From: Squalus acanthias | Taxonomy: Eukaryota | Reading direction: 5' to 3' | DNA: 64,000 bases | NCBI GenBank assembly: GCA_030390025.1 | Contig: CM059433.1 | Coordinates: forward strand, 3,100,001-3,164,000 | Shown here: positions 38,930-48,165 of the stretch, piece by piece | How positions within the stretch are numbered: position 1 is the first letter of the stretch | How the letters are laid out: every line of letters starts with the position of its first letter | The notes under the pieces: generated by a model | What the model was told of the DNA's origin: nothing | Databases searched by the model: none | Seen by the model: the letters and a program-made list of their open reading frames with translations, nothing else | Made by a program: the position numbers and the translations under genes

Positions 38930-40700
38930 TCATAAGTCTGCGTTAGGGGGGGCAAATGGGGTTAAAGCACCAGTGGCAGTGGCTACTCTCCCTGGGCCGT
39001 TTACTAGAGCTCGGATCGCAGCCACGACCGAGTCTAACATGGGGAAGAGGTCGGGGTTTCTACCTTTGGGGCAGGGGCTGGGGAATTCTTTCCTAGGTTA
39101 TCCTTCCATGGATTCCTCCAATCCTTCCTCCAATGCCCACTCTTTCCGCACCCGAAACAGTTACGCTTCGTGTCGGAAGGGTTACCCCCTTCCTGGTGCC
39201 ACTGTTTCTTACTCTGGCTGGGTTTTATCTCATGCACCTTCCCCTTGGGAGGATGCTCCTCTGTCCCGCTACTGTTCCGGTAAGCCAGAGTCAGTTGTCT
39301 GACCACTGTCTCTTCGGTGCCCCGGGGGTCCCTTGGGTCAAACCACAGCTCGGCCTTGGCTCTGATCCGTGGCAAGCTGTTTGCCACTAGACTTCGGAGC
39401 CAGTGGGCCAGCTCATCCTGATTCAGGTGAGCCCTGTCGAGAGCCCCATTACAGGCACTCCTGTACACAGGCCACAGTTGGTCTGCAAACGCCTGTGGGG
39501 TCTCCCCTACTAGCTGTGTAGTCTTCTCCACCCGGGAGAAAGGACTACCATCGTTCATACCCATGGTCTCCAGGACTTCCTCCCTGATAGCAGCATATCC
39601 ACCCTGTCCCCTCTTACTCTCTGCGGAGAGGGACTGGTAGATTCTGCTGTCCAGTGAGAACAGGAGCATTTTGGCCATCTCGGCATCATCACAGTCATTG
39701 ATGCCTGGCTGCTTGTTCCGCTTCCATGAAGTGGACTGAGGGGTCTCCTTTTTGGGTGAGTTTTCCCAGGTGGCTTATCATAGCCCTAAGCTGTTGGGTA
39801 CCGTGGGGAGCCACGAATTGGCTTTCGAGGGGTCCTTGACCCCCACCACCGCCGGGTGGGCCAAACTTTTGCTGCCGGACCGGGCACATCAGCCCTGGCT
39901 CCGACCTTTCCTGCATTGGTTCGCCCACCCCTCCCTGCTGCCAAACCGAGTTAAAACCCGGCGCCACAGGTGGTGGTGGTGTGCTCTCCCTGCCAGCCTC
40001 ACAAATCGCCCGTCCCTCCTGCTGCCAAACCGGGTCATTCCCCGGCGCCACAGGTGGCGTCCGAACAGTTTCCCCCTGCACTTCCAGGTCCACCCGGGCC
40101 ACACCCGGGCTTAACAGGCATACCATGCCTTTGGCTCTGGACAGAGCAAGGTTCAAACTTTCTATTTGTTTCTGGCAGGGGCTGTGCTCTCCCGCTTCAT
40201 GCCCCCTTGTGCTTGCTACCTTGTAAGCTGCCTGGAAATCTCTTAACCTCTCCTCTAGTTCCTTTACTTGCTTGGCAAGGCAGGTGTTCTCTTCCCTCAA
40301 CACTAGTTCACTGGTTTTAGCTTCGGTGAACTGACACCGAAAGTATTCCTGCCTGTTTCTGTGTGTTTCCACTAACTGCATCTTTTCCTGAACTCGGGCT
40401 GTTAGCTCATTCAGTAATGTTTCCCCTGCTAGGGCCCTTGCTTGAGACAGCTGAGCAGACTCCTGCAGTTCTGCTTTGAGTGTCTCGACACGTTTGTCTA
40501 ACAATTGTATCTGTTTCAGGGAGCAGATCAACCAGATGGCTTTCTCCACAGATTTCTTGTGGTCCTTGCTCTCAGTCCACTTAGCTGCAGCGTCTATTGG
40601 ACGCTCAGCATGTAGCAGACTGAGTACCCACTTCTTAGTTATGTTCACCTTTTCGAACACATGGCTCTCTCTGATCAGCTGAAAATTGTTCAGGTGTTTA
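38930..40700 (-). pseudogene. gag: Gag (frameshifted) of the decayed element
   Basis: VFEKVNITKKW, HKKSVEKAIWL, QLRAMI, DPSVHF, AKMLLFSLD and CFGCGKSGHWRKDW align to the 603-aa Gag. Confidence 0.9.
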
Positions 40701-40712
40701 GTTACCCGATCC

Positions 40713-40970
40713 TTAATTATAGACTCTTAGCAATTTCCCGACAACAGATGTTAGGCTAAGTGGTCTATAATTCTCTGGTTTCCCTCTCTCGCCATTCTTC
40801 AATAGTGGAGTGACATGCACTATTTTCCAATCTAAAGGAACTGTTCCTGAATCGAGAGAACTTTGGAAGATTATAGTTAGGGCATCTGCAATGTGCTCAC
40901 CTACTTCCTTTAAAACCCTGGGCTGGAAACCATCTGGTCCTGGGGATTTGTCACTCTTTGGTGCCTTTAT
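40713..40970 (-). mobile_element. CR1 ORF2 fragment
   Basis: KSPGPDGFQPRVLKE...DWKIVHVTPL...NYRPLSLTSVVGKLL. Confidence 0.85.
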
Positions 40971-41762
40971 ACCAAATACCAAATCATTCTACTGCTCAGT
41001 GTGAGTGCTAACGTGCACCACCCACTGGAAATCCTTGCAGCAATTTTATGAAAATGCTGAGCAGGCGCCTGACAAATCTTGGAACCCCCAAAATTGTTGC
41101 CCCTGCCACGATGTAATCCTTTGCACCAGCAGCAATCTCTAATCTGTAAGGAGACCTTCGCCTGGAAATTAGACTGCCTGCTGCTCGTGTCTTTCTCTCC
41201 AGTAATGGTCAAAAACGTTGTGCAGCTGCATTCCTGATATGAACTGCCGAAGTTGGATAATGACCGCTCCGGTGGTAAATTTTTGTCCTCACTGCATGGG
41301 CGGTAATCTGGTGGAACGGATCTCCCACCCATTGTAGAATCCCACCCTCCCTGGCCCTCCCCCCATCCCATTCCCCACTTTTCATTCCACTAACTTTAAA
41401 GCTGTGAAAATGAAAATTTACCCATGGTGTCGAAAAAGTAATCTCGAGAGCACTTTGCCAGGACTGACTTTATGTGTAACATAATATTTGTTTCATCTGC
41501 TTGCATGTTGTACCAATAGGGCTTGGCCCTGAAAATACTCGATGCATTTAGCTGAAGTTCCTCTCTCCCCTACTTCAGTGGAGATGGTGCCCCATTTAAA
41601 ATAAATGGGTTATCGCCGCCACTAAAGTAGCAGAGCGAGCAATTTTAAATGAACACATTAAGCATTTGTATGCTAATATACCACAGTGCAATCCTAACCA
41701 ATATAGCCTTGCTTCTTTGTGTTATTTGATTGGTGCACGGTTCAATACCACTTATGAATAGC

Positions 41763-42295
41763 TTATTTAAGGAAGGATATACTTGCATTGGAGGCAGTTC
41801 AGAGAGGTTCACGAGGTTGATTCCGGAGATGAAGGAGTTGTCTTATGAAGAAAGGTTGAGCGGGTTGGGCCGATACTCATTGGAGTTTAGAAGAATGAGA
41901 GGGGATCTTATTGAAACATCTAAGATTCTGAAGGGGTTTGACAGGGTGGATGCAGAGAGGATGTTTCCCCTCGTGGGGGAATCTAGAACTAGGGGGCATA
42001 ATTTCAGAATAAGGGGGCACCCTTTTAAATTGGAAATGAGGAGGAATTTCTTCTCTCAGAGGGTCGTGAATCTTTGGAATTCTCTTCCCCAGAGAGCTGT
42101 GGAGGCTGGGTCATTGAATATATTTAAGGTGGAGATAGACAGATTTTTGAATGATAAGGGAGTCCAGGGTTATGGGGAGCGGGCAGGAAAGTGGAGTTGA
42201 GGCCAAGATCAGATCAGCCATGATCTTATTGAATGGCGGAGCAGGCTCGAGGGGCCGAATGACGTACTCCTGCTCCTACGTCTTATGTTCTATGT
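41763..42295 (+). mobile_element. CR1 3' end
   Basis: RFTRLIP...SYEERL...RGDLIE...RTRGHN...LWNSLP; CR1 3' UTR and TTATGTTC tail. Confidence 0.9.
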
Positions 42296-43170
42296 TTAAA
42301 TAACTTTTTGCACAAAACTGAAGTGGATATGGCAGGAGAGGACTTGGTGACTGTTACAACATTATTAAAGATAGTTGACAGTAACATTAAACATGGATGC
42401 AGTTTTGCTTCACCAGACACAGATACAAAATAACTCAGAATCAGCTCCGTCTGTGCTGGACTTCCTTCCTATTTAATTTAAGCTGGATAAAAGATCTCAA
42501 CTTGACTGCAGGCCACAAGACATAACAGATAAAACAAAGGAATTGATGGCTTGCCAGGACCCATAAGATGTGTCAGTGAGTCAAGGGAGTGAGGTCTAAT
42601 GCCAATTTAACAGGCCATGATTTAGTGGATTCAATGATTTGTTAGGCGCAGCCAGCAGAACTGGAAAAGGTGTTTCTGATTGTCACCTGATTTAGACGGG
42701 AAAAATGGCTTCTGAGAACAATTTTGACTCATTAAGAAGAAAAAACTCCCGTCGAAATATAATGCTTTATCACAACCTGAGGATGCCCCAAAGCATTTTA
42801 TAACCTATGGATTACTTCTGAGCGTTGATTCTACTTTCCTGTGCACTCAGAAAAGCAAATGACACAGAGGGAGCACTGACCTGGAAGAGAAAGGCCAGCA
42901 TCAGTCTTTCTCTGACCTGCAATCCTGCCCTTTCCTGTTTTCAGTGAGCTGAAATGCTTGTGCCCATTTCCTGCACAAGCCTCATTTAAGGCTTCAGATT
43001 TAACATAAAAATATTTAAATGGGCACCTGACACAACGGGCTGGATATTTCCTGTGGCGGGTTAGGTAGGCAGGGTGGAGGGGGCCGTGTTTCGGACGGGA
43101 AACCCAGAAATCTGGGATTGCCTGCATGCTGTTTGTGCCGGGGGGCGGGGGGGGTGGTGGGTGTCCGATC

Positions 43171-44894
43171 TGTAGAATTCGCAATATATCGCGATTTGAT
43201 TAATGAGGAGAAAACACAAAGTTTCGTTCAAACAGCTTTTATTTCAGCAGAATGCTGGCAGGTTTAAATTGGACACAAGCAGCCTGTAAAATGGCCGCCG
43301 CACCTCGTGACAGAACATTCTAGACTTTTCAACAGGCAGACAAGATGGCGTTCCATTAAACATTTGTGCAAGATCGATAACGATTCAGCACAGTGAAGAT
43401 AATACACGAGACATTATGGGTTTGCAGTATAAACATAGATACTGGAATCGGTCTCCCAGGTACAAAGGAAAGCCATTGTACCGAGTACTCAAGGGCCCAT
43501 CCAAAAGACATTAATATGTAAACTCCCAACGACTCTACGATGAGAGAGCCGTTAGCAGGTAGTTATACAGGACACTTGGAAGCCCCAAACCCCTCCAGGG
43601 AGAACACCGACCGATTTAACAATGGGAGAAATATTAACAGGTACTCAAACATTCATGAGTAGCCCCGAAACCCATTAAGAACGGAGATCACCCATACAAG
43701 ACATTTGGGCGCCAAACCCTAAACAAAAGAATGGACATTATAGTTGGGCGGGAAACGGAAGATTTTTGCACTATAATTGCAGGCTCCAAACCGTCCATTC
43801 TCTCTCTTGCTCTTGCTCCTGCGTTCGCTCGCTTGCTCCTGTGTTTTATCCGGTCGATTCGTAACCTCGTGGCTGCTCCTGTGTACTCGTAGTTGGGCTT
43901 CTGCTTGCCTGTTGCCTCTTCTGAAAAGACTGTTGAACTTTCTGATCCGTTCGGATCTACCTCGTGTCGCGTAACGAAGACCTATGTTGGTAACTGGCAG
44001 CGGAACCAAAGGCCCGAGATGAGATGAGATGAGATGAGATGAGAGGAGAAGAGAAGAAGACCATATCCATCGCCACGGTCAGTAAATCCCGACCGCGCCT
44101 GTAGGTCGATCAGCCAAGTTTCTCGCCAGGAAGTTTTCTTTAAACTTCTAACAAAACATATTGCATCGACGATAACGGGACTGTGTCTAAGGAGGTTGGA
44201 ACGTGAAAACACATCGTATCGATGATATTGACAACGGTGCTCCAAGAGTACCTGTTAAACCAACCAACACAGGTCTTCATCACAGCAGACGGTCCAGCCT
44301 ACTAGCCGAAGCAGCAGAAGCAAGTAAACAAGTGGGACCAGGAGATCTCCTGACCGACACGTGGGTGCTGCGGTGAAAAACATCCGATCAGCTATTCGGA
44401 ATTTCTCCGAGTTATCACGAGTGGTGAGCATGAGTCTCGAGATCCTACGAAGCTAGTTTAGGATAGATATTGATAGGGGAGGGTTTAAAGATTAAGGATA
44501 TTTGTAATGTGTGCCCCTATTTACGTTGTGCCGTTCGTTCCTCGTTTCCCTAAGATCGACTATATAACTGTTTGTAAGATTGTACTGTCATTAATCTGTG
44601 CTTATGACATGTATTTCATAATTTTAAGTATCATGCAATAAAGATTTTTCCATTTCGTACCATTCAAACCAAGTCTACATGAGTTTTATCTCCATTACTG
44701 CTCTCGCATCTAAGTCCAGTGTCTAGAACCGTAAGGGAGAGTGATTCGAACCACTCACAGGTGTGTCTAGTGTTCCCAGACTGGCTGGAGACCAGAACAG
44801 GCAACCAGGCCTAGACCCGCACTGACATACAGGCTGCACAGAGCCGCGTGAATCTCACAGGCTGCGAGACACGCAGGGTCAGGAATCCCTTACA
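43171..44894 (+). repeat. 5' LTR (1724 bp)
   Basis: TGTAGAATTC...CCCTTACA; GC box 43746, TATA-like CTATAA 43771, (GAGAT)n near 44016-44040, AATAAA 44637. Confidence 0.97.
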
Positions 44895-44898
44895 GAAA

Positions 44899-46710
44899 AT
44901 GGCGACCGCGGCAGGACACTGGCAGCGAGAGGGTAGTGTGTTAGATTTTGGAATGACTGTACGAAATGTTATGCAGGAAAAGATAGCGGATTATGTGTTT
45001 GGAAAGGTTAATCTAACTAAGAAGTGGATAAGTGAATTGTTAGCGGATAAGAGCCCACTAGAGGCAGCTGAAAGGTGGACAGATAGTAAGGAACATAAAA
45101 AGACAGTTGAGAAAGCAGTCTGGCTTATGTGCTACAAAAGGCAGGTTCAGATTTCAAACCAGACCATTACAGCGCTAACAGCTCGAATCAGTCATTTAGA
45201 GGGAGAAATGGAGGAGAAGGTTTCTGGAGGGGAGGTGCTCATTAAGAATTTAAATGAGTTACACCAGGAAAGCCAGGAAGTCTCCAGTCACCTTAAGACA
45301 AGGATAGATTATCTCGAGTGCCAGGTCACTGAGGCAAAATTGAATGAGAGCAGGTTAAAGGAAAGATGTAACCGCCAAGCTGCCCAGATAAGAACTCAAG
45401 AAGAGAGCTTAATGGGGGTTAGGTCGGCGTATAAGTTGGCCCTTGAGGATAAGTTTCAGGGAGCCGACCATAGCGCCTGCCAAAGGGAGATAGAGAGCCT
45501 CAAAAAGGCCGTGAACAATGCGAACGGCATGGTGTGCCTTATCAATCCGTCGGCGCACCAGCCGCTAGTAAATGAGAGATTTAGAAAATCCCCACCAAGT
45601 AAAGCAGAAGAAGTAGTAGCCACTGCGCCCTCCGCGCCACCCAGCTATTCAGAAACCTGGGTTAGGGAGGAAGCAATGGAAGAAACGAAAAAGCCCATTG
45701 AAAAGGAAGCAGAAAAGGGATCGTTGTATCCAGTAACGGGTATTAAAAGGGGCCCAAGCAGAAACGGTGGGGAAGAACCGGGGGATCTCCTCGGACAGCT
45801 GGTGTTGCCTCACAGTTCACATCAGCTGAGAGCTATGATAAATCACGTACGGAAGCTGACCGAGATAGACGACCCTTCCGTACATTTCAGGGAAGTTGAG
45901 CAAGCCGCAGCCATTAACGGCTGCGATGATGGGGAGACAGCAAAAATGCTGCTGTTCTCATTAGACAGCTCGGTCCTTCAGTGTCTCTCAGGCGAGAGCA
46001 AGAGGGGAAACAAAAGTTATGAGGAATTAAAAAATGAGGTCCTAGAAGTGTTGGGGGCGAACGACGGAGGTCCGTTTGCTAGAGTGGGACAGACAGTGCA
46101 GATGGAGGGAGAACCCCCGAAGGTTTTTGCCGAGAGGCTGTGGCCAGTATATGAGCGCAGCTGTCTAGGTGCGCCCGAGCGCGAAGATGTGGAAGGCGCC
46201 GCTCTAACTCATTGGCTTAGGTGCATAATAGCCAACAGTTTACCAGCCGTTAGAGAGCAGGCAAAAGCCTGGTTCGATCCCAATGACCTCAACCTTACGG
46301 AAGAGTCGGTCTTGAATCGACTCACGTTAGGTTATCGTAATATAAGGGGTATGACGACACGTCCCTTTAAGGGAAGAGTACATGAGGTACGACCCGCAGC
46401 CCCGGCTCAAAAGGAGTGGCATCAGGAGGGAAATCGCGTCCCACAAGCCAGTAATGCTTGTTACGGGTGTGGGAAGACAGGGCACTGGCGCAAGCACTGC
46501 AGGAACCCTTGGAAGGATTCCAAGGATAAAAATCCCGCAGTCCGAGCCCAGGCGCCTGTCCCGGCTAAGGAAGCCAAGGCACCCACCCCTCCTGACGAAC
46601 TCGAAGTAGTGTTAGGAGCCATGCGCAAGCTGGTCTTGAATGCGCGTGGACAGGTGGCGGTCGCAACCGGCCCCGTAGGTGCCGCAGGACTGTCTAATAG
46701 TACCCAATGA
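44899..46710 (+). CDS. gag: Gag, 603 aa: N-terminal coiled coil, PSAPPSY late domain, capsid-like region, single CCHC knuckle
   Basis: Uninterrupted ORF from aaaATGG; CYGCGKTGHWRKHC; homolog on the minus strand at 38930-40700. Confidence 0.92.
   Translation: MATAAGHWQREGSVLDFGMTVRNVMQEKIADYVFGKVNLTKKWISELLADKSPLEAAERWTDSKEHKKTVEKAVWLMCYKRQVQISNQTITALTARISHLEGEMEEKVSGGEVLIKNLNELHQESQEVSSHLKTRIDYLECQVTEAKLNESRLKERCNRQAAQIRTQEESLMGVRSAYKLALEDKFQGADHSACQREIESLKKAVNNANGMVCLINPSAHQPLVNERFRKSPPSKAEEVVATAPSAPPSYSETWVREEAMEETKKPIEKEAEKGSLYPVTGIKRGPSRNGGEEPGDLLGQLVLPHSSHQLRAMINHVRKLTEIDDPSVHFREVEQAAAINGCDDGETAKMLLFSLDSSVLQCLSGESKRGNKSYEELKNEVLEVLGANDGGPFARVGQTVQMEGEPPKVFAERLWPVYERSCLGAPEREDVEGAALTHWLRCIIANSLPAVREQAKAWFDPNDLNLTEESVLNRLTLGYRNIRGMTTRPFKGRVHEVRPAAPAQKEWHQEGNRVPQASNACYGCGKTGHWRKHCRNPWKDSKDKNPAVRAQAPVPAKEAKAPTPPDELEVVLGAMRKLVLNARGQVAVATGPVGAAGLSNSTQ
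44900..44917 (+). promoter_or_regulatory. Primer-binding site for tRNA-Arg(TCG)
   Basis: TGGCGACCGCGGCAGGAC, 5 nt after the LTR, is the complement of the 3' end I recall for vertebrate tRNA-Arg(TCG) (GUCCUGCCGCGGUCGCCA); not checked against a database. Confidence 0.85.
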
Positions 46711-47853
46711 CTAGAGCCCACGCAGCCTGCCTACCTGTGTCCTTTTAAAAGACACGCACAGGAGGGGGTCTGCGGTGAGGAGGCCAGGTTAAAAGAGCAG
46801 GCCTTGCGGGAGGAGAACGCCCGCTTAATAGGGAAAATAGATGGGCTGGAAGGGCAGCTTAGAGAGCAGGCCCTGCGGGAGGAGAACGCCCGAGCAATGG
46901 GAAAGTTAGACGTGCTCAGGCTAGAAGCGCAGCTTAGTGAGATAAAAGCAGCCTACAGGGTAGCCAGGAGCAGGGAGTATGAGGATTTAAAACAGGATAG
47001 AAATCTGCAGCCTCCAGCAGGTGAGATTTCACAGAAACAAGCAGGGGCGGTGGCCTGTCTTAAGGGAGGGGCCAGACCTGCGAGTGGGGAAGCACAGCCC
47101 CAGGTAGGACCACAAGGCACACAGGCAGGCATAGCAGCTTGCATCAGGGGAAGGGACATCCCGGACGATCATGCAGCGTTTTTCTGGAATTGGGGTTTAG
47201 ATGAGGAAGAATTCAGGGTACCCTGGTCAGATGAGGATAGTGCAGATGAGCATAGTGATGATGACGGGTGGTTCCTGAGGAACGGTCTGGAGGGAATGGG
47301 GGCTGTAGGTAGAGATCCACACAGGGTGGACACACAAGCTGCAGGTCCCGAGGACAGGAGGGAGGAGCTAGAGGAGGCAGGGCCAGCCGCTATAGGAGCA
47401 CAGAGAGTACCGGTGTGGCTCCCAGAGATGTGGCCGCCCGCTTTGAACGTCCAGTCCTCAGGGGAGGCAGAGATCACGAGTGAAGGGCCGCCTGCTGGGC
47501 CGAGCAGGGCGGAGCCACGAACTGCCAGCCCCGAGGTTAGGGAGGCGGAGTCAGCGGAGGCGGAGCCGGCGACTGTGATGGAACCCCAGGTCATCCCGTT
47601 GGAGGTCTCGGAACCCGGTCCGTCCGTCACGGAACCCCCGCCCATAGCAACTCCCCGTAGGTCAAGTAGAGAACCCCAGCCCAGGAGGATGTGGTCATGT
47701 CCCCAGACTGCCCCAAGGCGTAGACTTCAGGTTAAGATAACCCGGGTACAGACAGGCCACATCGCAGCAGTAACAGGCTGCGGCAGATCAGAGGGAAGGG
47801 TCAGTGCCCTCCCACCGTCGGGAAGAGCTCGCAGCAGCCTTCTCAGAGTTTAA
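46711..47853 (+). CDS. In-frame readthrough extension of Gag (~380 aa) occupying the pol position; no enzymatic motifs
   Basis: Same frame as gag, separated only by TGA-CTAG; no stop from 46711 to 47850. Confidence 0.65.
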   Translation, partial: LEPTQPAYLCPFKRHAQEGVCGEEARLKEQALREENARLIGKIDGLEGQLREQALREENARAMGKLDVLRLEAQLSEIKAAYRVARSREYEDLKQDRNLQPPAGEISQKQAGAVACLKGGARPASGEAQPQVGPQGTQAGIAACIRGRDIPDDHAAFFWNWGLDEEEFRVPWSDEDSADEHSDDDGWFLRNGLEGMGAVGRDPHRVDTQAAGPEDRREELEEAGPAAIGAQRVPVWLPEMWPPALNVQSSGEAEITSEGPPAGPSRAEPRTASPEVREAESAEAEPATVMEPQVIPLEVSEPGPSVTEPPPIATPRRSSREPQPRRMWSCPQTAPRRRLQVKITRVQTGHIAAVTGCGRSEGRVSALPPSGRARSSLLRV

Positions 47854-48165
47854 AGGGGCCGCCCTGAGAACGGGCGGCACTGTAAAGTTATTAGTTTTAA
47901 GTTTTAAGTTTATAGTTCAAGGTTAAGTTTAAGTTTGTAGTGTCAAGGTTAAGTTTTAAGTTTTAATAAGGCTAAGTTTGTAGTGTTTTTAACAGAAAAC
48001 GATAAAATGATGGGAGTTTTAAGGCTAGGTTTAGAGGAAGTCTATGCAGCAAACGTTGAAGTTTACGTGACGCGAGGTCAGGGGACCCGCTCACCCTTCA
48101 CAAAAGCCAGAGACTTTTGCGAGGCTGGCTACCTCATTCTATCTGATCACAGGAACCAAGGAAGG

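Larger units (their letters stand above)
35899..40712 (-). mobile_element. Decayed relative of the Gag/Env retrovirus-like family (5' LTR lost, pol mostly deleted, no env)
   Basis: 3' LTR 35899-37227 (1329 bp, TG...CA) preceded on the minus strand by the same CAGGAGGGAC PPT; gag homologous to 44899-46710. Confidence 0.88.

Noticed and set aside
43719..44245. Short ORFs inside the LTRs (also 51490-52016, 6361-7178)
   Set aside because: Under 150 aa, driven by microsatellites, and not visibly conserved in frame among the LTR subfamilies.
44848..44898. First 17 codons of the 620-aa ORF call
   Set aside because: GTG start inside the LTR; the first ATG is at 44899.
46741..46750. CCTTTTAAAA as a -1 frameshift site after gag
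   Set aside because: Not phased as X XXY YYZ in the gag frame, and the long downstream ORF is in frame 0.
47983..48165. N-terminal 61 aa of the 844-aa ORF call
   Set aside because: Starts at GTG in the T-rich block. The signal peptide, strong Kozak ATG and upstream splice acceptor point to 48166.
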